A stretch of DNA of 64,000 bases from Mustelus asterias (taxonomy: Eukaryota). Location of the stretch: assembly GCF_964213995.1 (NCBI RefSeq), contig NW_027590261.1, positions 186,001 to 250,000 of the forward strand, written 5' to 3'. Positions 47,765 through 60,009 of this stretch are shown one piece after another. Position numbers and translations under genes: made by a program. The notes under the pieces are model-generated. The model searched no databases, was not told the DNA's origin, and saw only the letters and a list, made by a program, of their open reading frames with translations. Each line of letters starts with the position of its first letter. Positions within the stretch are counted from its first letter, which is position 1.

Positions 47765-48190
47765 TTTCTGTTTGAAACTCCCCCAGATGCCCATCCAATT
47801 TCCTTTGTAATTGTTTATTGTCTCCATTTCCTCCATCCTCGGAGGCAGTGAGTTCCAGGTCATTACCATTCGCTGCATCAAAATATTCTTCCTCACATCC
47901 CTCCCTACATCTCTGACCTGAAACTTTAAATCTGTGACCCCCTCGTCCATGTCCCATCAGCTAATGGGAACAGCTTTTCTTCGTCCACCTTATTTAAACC
48001 TGTCAGAATCTTGTCCACCTCTATCAAATCTCCCCTCAACCTCCTTTGCTCCAAGGGGAACAACCCCAGCCTGACATTGACAATAAAGAACAAACGAACA
48101 GAATATGTTACTGTCTCAAATCAAATGGGAATGTTTAATTTCTGTTTTAAAGATATTGTGAATATATTGTCCTGGACAATAAAGGAATTG
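47765..48190 (+). repeat. Inverted paralog of ~28020-28450
   Basis: Near-identical reverse-complement block: CR1 piece plus ttctgttttaaagatattgtgaatatattgtcctggacaataaaggaat. Confidence 0.8.
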
Positions 48191-50391
48191 GAATAACTCA
48201 CCTTGGGAGTGGTTGAATGGAATATATCAATCTGGTATCCATCTGCAGTCCAGTGAAAGTCTGGAATGTGTAGCTGGAAATCCCTCCCTAGCAGTACTGT
48301 GGGTGTACTTACACCTCAGGCATTGTAACAGTTCAGGAAGGCAGTGTTGGGGTTGACCACGGCCGAGGCAGCTACATACAGCCACATATTCTGTTATAAT
48401 TGAAGGACTGCAGATTGAATGTGAGGCATTATGGGACTGGACTATCTTGACCACATTCCTGTGACTGCTCAGTTTCTGCAATCACGGACCATTAAAGCTG
48501 CTTAGCAGGGCCCAGACAGAGGACCTGGTGAGAATATTTACTCAGAATGAGTTAGAATTAAACTTATTCCAGGACCGGCTGGTGTTCAGCGGCTGATATA
48601 CTTGAATCTGTGAAGAGGAGGTCTGACCAATCAACAAACAGTAGCAGATAGTTGGTTCAGAAGTTAAAAAGCGTTCTCAGGCATTGTTTAAATTATTTTA
48701 TCCCAAATTTGTGATAAGAACTGTGAGGGACATGTGACCCGTTAGTCGGTGAAGTAACGGTACACTCCAAATAGCACTCGACTGAAAAGCAGACCTCAGA
48801 GTAGATTCTAATGGTTATAAACTGACCCAAGCATGGCCAGTGAAAAAATCAGAGCTCGAGTGAGGACTGGACAGGTCTCTTACCTGCTGTTTGGAAACTA
48901 AGAACAAGAAACTTATCGATAAAATTATTAGAGAATACAGCCAACGTTTCGAGTCTGGAAGACACTTCATAACCGCTCTTATAAAGGGTCATCCATACTT
49001 GAAACATTGGCTCCACTCTGTCTCCACAGATGCTGTCAGACCTGCTGACATTTTCCAGCATTTTCTGTTGTTGTTTCAGATTCCAGCATCCGCAGTATTT
49101 AACTTTTATGATAAAATGATTAGTTCTGATTGGAATCCCCACGACACTCCCGCAAAACAGAGGGAGTGGTGGCAAAGGGAGAAAAAGGATAAGGATGATA
49201 AAGTCTGGGTTCTGATTCTCCGAGTTCATGGAGAATCAACAAAATGAGTGAAGCAGTTTATAAAGAACAGAAGTTACCCATCCCTAACAAAAACTGATCA
49301 AATAAAAATAATTAGGTGGTGGAATATAACAAAAAAATTAAGAGATGAAGTTTACAATCGAGTTTGTTTTGATTTTTATACTTGTGTAAAGTGGTATTAT
49401 TGTGGGCCAATTTTTTTCTGCTCACTCCCCACCCCTTTAGGTTCTGTAGAAAAGTTAACCCTTTCAGCAGACAGTTCATTTGTTTTCAAATCATCTGAAA
49501 ACTCATGTCTATTTTAGTTTATAATTGAAGATTTATGGGAATTGGCGAAGATGGGATTTCGGCATTTTTAAAGTATAAAGAAGTGGTCTTGAGAAGGCAA
49601 CTTGGGAGAGAGAGGTGGAGGGAGATATGTTTACAGAGAGGTGTTGAGAGCTGTTGGTTTTACAAGTTATCCACGTTTTTGGAGCCGTCACTTCATGTCC
49701 TGGTCTGAGAGGGATGGAGAGAAGTCTGTTCAATTGTTAAAGTGAACCCTTCTCTATTAACTGTTAATCGATACTTTGCCTTTTATCGTTCTGACTTGTT
49801 ACATTTTTAATGGTTAATTAACTTTCTGAATTCACCATTTAAATTGTTCTTTCTTGCCATATGGTTAAGACACTGGAACCTGGTGTGATTTACGATTAGG
49901 GAGGTTATTGTAAACAAGAGAACCCCCATAAATCTTAGTTCAAATAAATCAAAGTTCTTACAAATGGAATGTGATCCTTTATTACGAGAGAAATTGAACA
50001 GAGAAGTAAAGATATTATGCTTCAGTTGTACAGGGTGTTGCTGAGACTGCATCTTGAACACTCGGTGCAGCTTTGTCTCCTATTTAAGAAATGATACAAA
50101 TGCATTGAAAGTGGTTCAGAGGAGGTTTAATAGATTGCTTCCCAATTCTTGACCCTCACAGTATAAATTTTGTCTGATTTTCCTTGTCTTCACCTCTGAC
50201 AAAAAGTAATCCTGACTCAAAATGCTGTCTCTATTCTCTCTTTACAGATGATGTCAGACTTGCTGAGATTGTCCAGGATTTTCTGTTTTTGTTTCAGATT
50301 CCAACAACAGCAGAATTTTGCCTTTATACCAACTATTGTTGGATAAGGGCATCAAAAATATCGGGTGTGGAACGAGAATGTGGAACGCAAC

Positions 50392-50988
50392 TGTTATGGT
50401 GAAATTAAAATAATGGACAGAAAATGGTTACCTGGCACACAAAATGGACTCTGGGAAGGGACATTAAAAGGCACTGGCTTTGGGCACAGACAGTTACACA
50501 AAGAGTTAAAACCTGCAGTATCTGAATTGCTGCAGGAAGCTGGTCAGACCTGGGGCACTTTAAGACTTGAGATAAGAGCAGACCCAGAACAATGAGTTTG
50601 ATGATAAGATCCGCCACTGATGGGGACATAAATACATAAATGTATATATCGAAACCAGTCATTGATAGAGGACATAACTGCATAAATGTATCCATTCTAT
50701 GTATAATGATGTGTTAACTGTCCATGTCCGTACCTGTCTGCTTGTAACAATGTGTTAATTGTCGATGTCCGTATCTGCCTACTCAACTTGTAACGATGTG
50801 TTAACGGCTAATGTCCGTACTATCTATTGTCTAAAAGATATAAAGATGCTCAACTACCATTGTGTAGTTGAGAAGGTCGCTGCCAAGTACTGCGGAGTAC
50901 CAGTGCTTTCTCCCAAAGCTTTGTCCGAAATAAAACTGTTTTGTTGAACCTCCAAGTCTGACTCCGAAGTGGTAAATTTCCCACAACA
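50392..50988 (+). mobile_element. Probable solo LTR
   Basis: TGTTAT...ACAACA termini, TATAAA ~50840, AATAAA ~50929, flanks CAAC/CAAG; interrupts a CR1-like 3' tail. Confidence 0.6.
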
Positions 50989-52429
50989 CAAGACAAACAG
51001 ATCAGCCATGATGTAAATAAATGCTGGAGCAGACTCAAAGGGCCAAATGGCCAACTTCTGCTCCGATGTCGAATGTTGGTCACAGATTTCTGAGAATTGT
51101 GAAACAAGGCTGGAAGATTCGCCTTGCTTGTGTTCGTGGGAAAATGTCCAGGAGAACCATCACTGTGAAGGACAGTTCTGGGATTAAAGGTTGCCAGACT
51201 GGAAAAGGAAAACAATGGAAATAAACTCTTGGGGAGTGAAAAATCACCTTGGACTCATTCTTGGAGAATTGAGTGTCAACATTCCAAGATGGAATAAAAT
51301 ATAACCATTGAGTGCGACATTTGATGGTGTTAAGAGTAAAAGGGCAAAGTTCAATTTTACAGTTTAAGGGTTATGTTCCCTACAAAAAAGTGTTTCGTCA
51401 TTGTTGCTTCCAGTTTGTTGGAGTAGAAGTCATAAAACTTGAAGTTTTGTCATGTGATTCTTTGATTTACTCATTGAGTTTAGAATTCATTTCTTTAAAT
51501 TATTGATCATTACAGAGATCCTAATAATTCATTCAAAGCCCTGTGTTTTGACTTCCCATTTGAGCCTGGGGCACCTTTCTGTCTCTCTATTGCTTGTGTC
51601 AATGACAGCCAGGCGACGGAGCTGAGGGCTGAATTTAGCTGAGAATAATGAGGCCTGCGCCCCAGTTGGAAAACTGCAATGTATGTTGCAGTAATCGAGA
51701 GACAGGAAGGTGCTGGAGGACTGAGTGAGAAATGGGCCTCCAACCAATTGTTATATCGGTCACTCAGAGCTAAAGAGAAACTCGTCTCTTTAAATACATA
51801 TACAGGGAAGAGGCTGCAATGAAATCTGCCCCTTTTAACACGCACAAAAGCCGGAGGATGAGATTGACAGGCTACAGGAGGACTCCATTCAGCCCATCGT
51901 CCTCCTGTTATCTCTTTGAAAGAACTCTCTGATTCATCCAACTGCACTGTTTTTTCCCCAAATTCTTCCCACTCAAGTCTTTACCCTTTGGAGGTAAACT
52001 ATTGAATCTGCTTTCAGGCAGATCAGAACAACTCACTGTGTCAAAAAATAAAATCTCATCTCCCCCTCTGGCTCCTTTGCCAATTCCTTAGAGGGATGAC
52101 TTTCTGTTAAAGAGCCTGCCAACCCCTCTCACCCACTTTCCCTAAAGTGCATCAATCTCATCAGGAAAAGTCCAGGAAAATCAAATATTTTTACTGATAA
52201 AAGTTTATTAATGAAACAGAACATGGTTAAAACAAACAGAAAGTGACTTGAGGATCAAAGACAACCAGAGTAAAAGGATGTTCACAATGTTCTGGACACA
52301 AATGGTTTCTCTTGAATTCATCTGCAGCCTGTTCCCTGCCCTCTTTGTGGAACACCTCCGCTCAGTCCACAAGCATCACCCTGACCTTCCGCTTGCTTGC
52401 CATTAGAATTCACCACCTTGCTCTCACAC

Positions 52430-52965
52430 TCACATTTCTGTCCTCGGCCTGCTGCAATGTTCCGGAGAAGCCCAACACAAGGTGGACGAACAGCCCCTCA
52501 TCTTCCGATGAGGCACTTTACAGCCTTCTGGATTCAACATTTAGGTCAACAACTTCACACCCTGAACTCTCTCCTCCATTTCGATTTGTTTTGTTTTGCC
52601 GAGTGCCAGTCTGTATCTTGTTTTCATGTTTTTTGCTTCCAGACAGAGCTGTCCTTTATTCTGCCGTTGACACTTACTGTGGACCAATGCTTTGTTTCTT
52701 TACCACAACCATTACCTCTCCCTTTGCCTTGGGTTCCGGGATATTTTTGTCATTTAATCTCACCCACCCTCTAACCAATCCCTGACTTTCCCTTTTGTTC
52801 TCCCTGCCCCTCCCCCCTTTCTCAGCAGCATCAAACCCATCACATTTCTCCCTCTCTTTAGTTCTGAAGTAGAGTTACATTGGACGTGAAACATTATCTC
52901 TGTTTCTCTCTCCACAGATGCTGCCAGACCTGCTGCGTTTTTCCAGTTCTTTCTGCATTTATTTT
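52430..52965 (+). mobile_element. Old Penelope-like 3' fragment (second family)
   Basis: EAQHKVDEQPLIFR*GTLQPSGFNI resembles a GIY-YIG C-terminus; degenerate hammerhead; family tail cacagatgctgccagacctgctg. Confidence 0.65.
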
Positions 52966-53193
52966 AGATCTATCTGTAGCGGTAGAAAAAACACTATTTA
53001 CTATCCAGGATAAAATAAATGTCCTCCATCAGCTTTTGTGGATCATTTCAGTGGAAATGTGCTCTCCCAGGCTCAAAGAGCATCAGCCCATTGGAAGCAA
53101 AGTCGTGAGACCGGCCAGTCCAGCAGAAAGAAACCCTCCGACCCTCCCACTTCACCAAGTGTCAGAATGAACATGGTTCAGTCCCGGATGTGA

Positions 53194-54078
53194 TTAACAG
53201 CAGCAATAACAGCAGAATCCAACTCCTGTCATCACTTGTGAACTCGCTGGTGTCTCTGCAGGGATGTTGACTGAGTGAATCCCTTTCCACATACAGAGCA
53301 GGTGAATGGTCTCCCCCCAGTGTGAACTCGAACGTGTACCTGCAGTCTGGATAACTGAGTGAATCCCTTCCCACAGTGAGTGAATCCCTTCCCACAGCCC
53401 CTCCCCAGTGTGAACCCGCTGGTGTGTCAGCAGGCTGGATGCCCGGGTGAATCCCTTCCCACACACACAGCAGATAAATGGCCTCTCCCCAATGTGAGTT
53501 TGCTGGTGTTCCCGCAGGTTGAATGAATCAGTGAATCCCTTCCCACACACAGAGCAGGTGAATGGTTTCTCCCCAGTGTGAATTCGCTGGTGTCTCTGCA
53601 GGTGGGATGATGTTCTAAACCTCTTTGTGCAGTGAGAGCAGCTGAACGGCCTCTCCTCGGTGTGAATGTGCTGGTGGTCCCTCAGATCCTGAGACCTTTT
53701 GAATTCACTCCCACAGTCGGAGCATTTAAAGGGTCTCTCACTGGTGTGAACTCGCTGGTGTTCCTGCAGGTTGGATGTTGATCTAAATCTCTTTGAGCAT
53801 TGAGAGCAGCTGAACGGTTTCTCCTCAGTGTGAATTCGCTCGTGTCTCAGCAGTTCCTGCGACCTTTTGAAGCTGCTCCCACAGTCGGAGCATTTAAAGG
53901 GTCTCTCATTGGTGTGAGTGACTTTGTGGTTCAACAACTTGGAGAAATAAGTGAATCCCATGCCACACACAGAGCAGGTGAATGGCCACTCCTCAGTGTG
54001 AATACGTCGATGAATTTCCAGCCGAGATGGGAATCTGAATCCCTTCCCACAGTCCCCACATTTCCACGGTTTCTCCAT
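53194..54078 (-). CDS. Tandem C2H2 zinc-finger protein (8 fingers, frameshifted 3' end)
   Basis: acc[17 protein letters not shown]; 8 canonical fingers; deletion plus ~21-bp duplication near 53360-53400; acceptor ccttttatag at ~54433. Confidence 0.8.
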   Translation of the reverse strand: MEKPWKCGDCGKGFRFPSRLEIHRRIHTEEWPFTCSVCGMGFTYFSKLLNHKVTHTNERPFKCSDCGSSFKRSQELLRHERIHTEEKPFSCSQCSKRFRSTSNLQEHQRVHTSERPFKCSDCGSEFKRSQDLRDHQHIHTEERPFSCSHCTKRFRTSSHLQRHQRIHTGEKPFTCSVCGKGFTDSFNLREHQQTHIGERPFICCVCGKGFTRASSLLTHQRVHTGEGLWEGIHSLWEGIHSVIQTAGTRSSSHWGETIHLLCMWKGIHSVNIPAETPASSQVMTGVGFCCYCCC

Positions 54079-55059
54079 GGTGCGGGTGTCCTTGTGACTC
54101 TCCAGGTTAAACAATCAATTAAACCTCACACAGAACACAGGTACAGTCTCTGCCCACTGTGAATGCTGTGATGTATTTTCAGGCTATATAACTGGTTAAA
54201 GCTCTTTCCACAGTCAGTGCACTGGAACACTCTCACTCGGGTGTGTGTGCGTTGGTGCATTTCCAGTCACACTGACGTTTAACGCCTTCTGAAGCAGACA
54301 GAACAGAGAAACATTTCTCCTTCTAGATGCAAAGGCCGATGGTATTCAGGTCCAGATGAATTGAGCGACTGTCAAATCTTGACGTGGCGTATGGTTTGGG
54401 ATTCTGTCAATGGATCCTAACCTTCTGATATCCTATAAAAGGAGTTTGCAGCAGACATCAGAGTCACTACGGGATCAAAATTCAGAACAGATAATTCTAG
54501 TTTCGATAGAACATTCTTTCCCCACTCATTCCCCTAAATCTGTAAGTTGGTTAAGATATGGGGGTAGTGATTAGTCATGCTCCTGAACTTGCTGCCTGTG
54601 AGGGTAGTCAAGCAGAGATGATCAGTAATTTCTCAATGAGATTGGATGGGTGCTGCAGGGTTACAGAATGGGACCCTCTCCAGACTGACAGAATTGCTCG
54701 ACAGAGAGTCAGCAGGGCCTCGAATTGTCCAATGGACTCCTCCTCTGCTGTAATGACTCTGACTAGAAATATATAACGTAGCTACAGTACTACATTACAA
54801 GACAAGAAATAATAATAAATGTACTTTATTATAGAACCATCCAATATTTATCACATAACCACACTGTCATAATTCTGTCCTCAGAGTTTTAAAGCACAGC
54901 AAGAGGCCCTTTGACCCATTGTATTTGTGCTAGCTCTCAAGCACCAATCTGTTCTAATCCCACCTTTCACCACTTGGTCAGTAGCAGCCTTATATGTTAT
55001 GGCACTTCAAGTACTTATCTAAATGCTTCTCAATGTTGAGCGTTCCCACCTCTCTCACC

Positions 55060-56130
55060 CTTTCAGGCAGTGAGTTCCAGATTCCCACCACCCTCTGGGT
55101 GAAAATCTTTTCCCTCAAATCCCCTCTAAATTTCCTGCCCCTCACTTAAATCTATGTCCCTGAATATTGACCCAGCTACTAAAGGTCAGTGGACTGAGGG
55201 ATCATATTTTTGTACATCTCAATCAGGCCCCCCCCTCAGCCTTCTCTGCTTTAGGGAGACCAGTTCGAGCCTAACCAGCCTCTCTTCATGACTGACACGT
55301 TCCAGCCCAGGCAACATCCTGGTGAATCTCCTCTGCACCTTCTCCAGTGCAATCACATCCTTCCTAAAGTGTGGCGACCCGAACTGCAAACAGTACTCCA
55401 GCATTTTATACACTCAATCATAACCTGCCTGCTGAAATATTTGATGCCTTGGCTAAAAAAGACAAGTATCCCATATCCCTTCTTAACCAGTTCATCAATC
55501 TGTCCTGCTGTCTTCGGGGTCCAATGGACATGCATCCCAAGGTCCCTCTGGTCTTCTGTACTTCCTGGCGTCCTATTGTTCATTATCTGTTCCTTTTTTT
55601 TAATACTTTTCCAATTCAATCAAATCAAATCCAATTCAGAGTCCCAACAAGTTGAGACACCCCAGATCCAGGCTGACAAGACAGGGCGAGCGACCAAACC
55701 ACCCTGTCCCGGGCCCGATCCACATGAGCCAAGCTAATTGGAGAAGGGGGAGGCTCCTCCTCCAAGACTTGAACCCATCTGCACCTCAGCCAAAAGGCCG
55801 AGATGACGCTTTTAAAAATTGCTTCATATGAAACACATGAAGCCCCAGCGCAACCCAATGACCCCGACCAAGTGCGGCCGACCATGGGCTGCCAACCACA
55901 CTACACCCGATCTCAGCCAAAAGGCCGAGTTCCTTTGCCTTGTTAGTCCTTCCAAAATGCATCACCTCAGACATTTCAGGGTTAAATCACATTTGCCACT
56001 GTTCTGCCCACCTAACCAGCTCGTCCACATCATCCTGTAATCTAAGGTTTTCCTCCTCGCTATTTACCACATCACCAATTTTTGGACCATCAGCAAACTC
56101 ACTGATCGAACCCCCACATTCATATCCACA
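55060..56130 (-). mobile_element. Degenerate CR1 fragment with an insertion at ~55593-55930
   Basis: LEYCLQFGSPHFRKDVIALEKVQRRFTRMLPG; SEVMHFGRTN. Confidence 0.7.
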
Positions 56131-57270
56131 GGAAACTCCGCGCGGCCATTGACACAGGGCACGGACTCTGATTGGCTGGAGGACCAGCGTTCATCCGGTC
56201 CTCCAGGCGTTGCCATTGGTCAATCTGCCGCATGTGGACAATGAGGGGGCGGAACCCGAGCCCACGTGGGGGTGGGCGGGGGCTCAGCCAGCACACAGGG
56301 ACTCATCCAGCCCGCCCCTCCGCCATCGAGCACGTCCCCAATTCAGGTCACCCCGGCGTCCACAGCCCTCCTCTCCGCCAGCCACCTGAAGTCATACGGC
56401 TGGAGGAGCGGATTCCTGAGCAGCGGCTCTCGCACGAGAGCTGCTACTCCTGACGGGGGAGAGCTGCGTCGCGAGGCGACCTTGTTCCAGACAGTGAGGA
56501 GGTCCTGGTAAAAGACGGTGGCTGAGCCAGGATGGGGCCGTTAACCTGGGCCTGTTCCCGGGAGGGAGGGAGAAGCCCCGCAGCTGCAAACCAGGGAGCT
56601 GACAATGATTCTGAAGGGTTTGCGGATCCACAAAGTGTTTCCAAATCCTCCCAGCCACCGCCTAACGCTGACTCCGCTTCTCCGGGACAAACAAGCGCCA
56701 AGGACAGCAATGACACTGCGCATGCTCCACATCACAATGCCCCGGGGACAGATTGACGGCTGCTTCGGACCAATAGGAAGAGGGGGCAGGGCTGAGGATC
56801 AAGCAAGAGAGGCTGGTCCTCCAGCCAATCGGAGTGAATGAGGGGCGGGGCTGTGGCGTCCCCATACAACGCACGGGAAGTAGTTCGCATGCGCAGTAAT
56901 GTTACAGTCTGGAGCATACGCAGTAAGCAACGGCGTTTGCAGCACGCAGTGTGGGTGATAGCAATCGGAGCGAAGTTCCTCTGTCTCATCAGCAGCCGGT
57001 AAGGATGCGGAAACATAGAGGGAGTAATGGAACCGGTGGATTGACGTAGAGGGTTTCTAAATACCTGGTCAAGGCCTCAAATCTCGAAAATGAGCCCGTC
57101 GGTCTGTGTTTGCAGCTTCCGGTCTTTTTCCCGAGCCGAGGCTCAGGTTAACGGCCGCCATCTTGATTCAGCAGGGAGGAGAGCGCATGCGCGGTGTCTT
57201 GGTGACGCAACAGCGAGTGGGCGGGGCTTCACGTTTCTGCTTCCCCTCCAGGTCCTAGCTCCCGGTCCAT
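56130..57270. promoter_or_regulatory. CpG-rich multi-module promoter between divergent ZNF genes
   Basis: Several CCAAT/ATTGG and GGGCGG boxes, NRF1 CGCATGCGCA at 56886 and GCGCATGCGC at 57183, YY1 GCCGCCATCTTG at 57154; candidate donors at ~56999 (+) and ~57064 (-). Confidence 0.7.
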
Positions 57271-57879
57271 TAGCATATTGAGCAATAGGTTTCTCAACAG
57301 CTTCACCCACCCAGGCTGCAGCTGCTGTTTGCAGCCTCGATGAGTCCATGGGCCATGTACATATTCAGTGTGAGAGGTTGCAATCCCTGTATAGTTACCT
57401 AAAGCGGTTACACAGCTTTTGGTTACACTTCAGCCCCAGGCTCCTCATGTTTACACAGAAACATGATGTGGAGATGCCGGCGTTGGACTGGGGTGAACAC
57501 AGTAAGAAGTCTCACAGCACCAGGTTAAAGTCCAACAGGTTTATTTTGTATTTGCTACCAAGTAAACCTGGTGAGACTTCTTACATAGAAACATACACAG
57601 AAAATAGAAGCTGGGAGTCGGCCGTTCGGCCCTTCGAGCATGCGCCGCCATTCATTATTGTCATGGCTGATTATCAAATTCAATACCCTGATCCCTGTCG
57701 CCCCAAGAGATTTATCTAATTGAAATCAGACTCTACTTCCACTTTTGAAGAACGTGAATTCAAAGATTCATGACCCTCTGAGAGAAAAACTTCTCATCTC
57801 TGTTTTCAATGGGCAATGCTGTTTTTTAAAATAGCGACTCCCTCGATTCTCCCCTGAGAGTAAACATCCTCTCCAGATC

Positions 57880-58282
57880 CAAAAGAGAAAATGCTGGAAA
57901 GTCTCAGCAGGTCAGGCAGCACCTTTTCTCCCCCTTTGCTTCCCCTTTCCCCCTTTTTCTCAATTTTGCCTCCCTCCAATCCACCCCCCCCCCCCCCCCC
58001 ATCTTCATCCATCACAACTTCTTCAGCTTCTCTGCTGTTTGGCCATTCACGCTTTCTATTCTCTCTATGGACTGCCATTAGCATCCTTTCCCCTGGTTCC
58101 TGTGGCTTGGACCCATCTTTCATTCCCTCACAGTGTAAACATCTCCCACTTTCTATGCCTTTTTTATGCTTTGACAAAAGGTCATCTGGACTCGAAGCTT
58201 CAGCTCTTTTCTCTCCCCCACAGATGCTACCAGACCTGCTGAGATTTTCCAGCATTTTCTCTTTTGGTTTCAGATTCCAGCA
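57880..58282. mobile_element. Fold-back PLE-derived insertion (second family)
   Basis: Short inverted arm 57880-57922 complementary to ~58224-58267, plus tail; flanks ctctccagatcc and ctctccatatcc. Confidence 0.7.
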
Positions 58283-59112
58283 TCCGCAGTAATTTGCTTT
58301 TACCCTTCTCTCCATATCCACCCTGTCAAGAGTTTTCAGAATCTTGAAGGTTTAAATTAAGTTGCCTCTTACTCTTTTGAAGTCGAGCAGAAGCTAAACT
58401 CGAGCAGAGACTGTCTCACTGCTCCTCATCAGACAATCCACCTATTCCAGGTATTAGTCTACTAAACCTTCCATGAACTGCTTCTCATAAAGCAGTTAAG
58501 GAATAATATGCACTCATATTCTTTCTTAAATAAGGAAACCAATAATGTACACACTGCTCCAGATATGTCTAACCAATGCCCTGTGCAACTGGAACATAAC
58601 TTCCCTGCTTTTACTCAATTCCCCTCATAATAAATAATAGCTTTCTGAATTACTTGTACCTGAGACAATCTTGCGATTTTCTATCGTGATGGATTTTGGA
58701 TACTTTTTCTTAAACAGGGGGTTAGAAGGGGAGGATTTACACACAACAAGCTCAAACTAAGAGAAAAATGTTGTCTCTTCTGATATAGGCTTTCTGAATG
58801 GGATAAGTAGGTAGATGTGAATGGACTTGTTGGTGTTTCTAATACTGGGAACCATGAACAGACAACAGAGACGAATACATCAAACAGGAGGAGATATTTA
58901 TTTATTCGGACAGTTGTTAGAATATGGAACTCACTGCGACTGGAAGTGGTTGAGACAAATACTTTAGATGCTTTAAAAAGGAAACCAGATGAGAACATGA
59001 GAGAAAAAGGATTAAAAAGTTGAGCTGAAAAGCTGAGTTAAGGTGAGCAGAATGAGAGGAGATTTGTGTGGATTAGAAATTCCAGTACAGATCAGGGCAG
59101 GGGTGGGAGGGT

Positions 59113-59465
59113 GGCGGCGGAGGCAGTGGCACAGTGGAACTATCACTGGACTAGCAATCCAGAGACCCAGGATAATGTTCTGGGGACCTAGGTTCGAATC
59201 CCACCACAGCAGATGGTGAAATTTAAATTCAATTAAAAGTCTGATGATGACCATGAAACCATTGTTGATTGTCGTAAAAACCCATCTGGTTCACTGATGT
59301 CCTTTAAGGATGGAAATCTGCTGGCCTTAACTGGTCTGGCCTACATGTAACCACAGCAATGTGGTTGACTCTCAAAAGCCCTGTGAAATGGAGGGCAGTT
59401 GGGGATGGGCAATAAATGCTGTCCCAGTCGGTGACGCCCACACCCCGTTAAAAATGAATTTAAAA
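59113..59465 (+). mobile_element. tRNA-derived SINE, second family (another copy at ~61868-62220)
   Basis: A/B boxes TGGCACAGTGG...GGTTCGAATCC; body shared with 61868-62220. Confidence 0.75.
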
Positions 59466-60009
59466 AATAGACTGGCCTGTTTGTGTATTGTGTATCTCAT
59501 GTATTCATAGAATCCCTACAGTGCAGAAGGAGGCCTTTCAGACCACCCCACCCAGGCTATTCCCGTAATCCCACATATTTACCCCGCTAATCTCCCGAAC
59601 CTACACATCTTGGGACAGAAAGGGGCAACCACCTAACCTGAACATCTTTGGAGAGTGGGAGGGAACTGGAGCACCCGGAGGAAACCCACACAGACACAAG
59701 GAGAATGCGCAAACTCCATACAGACAGGTAACCAAGGCTACAATCGAACCCATGTCCCTGGTGCTGAGAGGCAGGAGTACTAACCACTGTGCCATCCATG
59801 TAATTCTTTGCAAACTTATTTTACAGGAAATTGAAGAGAAGGATCTGCAGTCTGGATGATCGAATCTCACGTCAGACAGAGTCAATCGGTTCATCGGGAT
59901 CTGAAAATTTGTGCATCTGAAGGGATTTAATTGACCATCTCAGTTGGAAACTGGTGAGAATCTGTTTCCTTGCTCCTCCTGTGGGAAGGGATTGATACAG
60001 CTGGAAAAC

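Noticed and set aside
48560-49260. Possible retroviral leader or gag start (ETKNKKLIDKIIREY...WNPHDTPAKQREWW)
   Set aside because: Suggestive only; no recognisable PBS, LTR pair or gag motif could be confirmed by eye.
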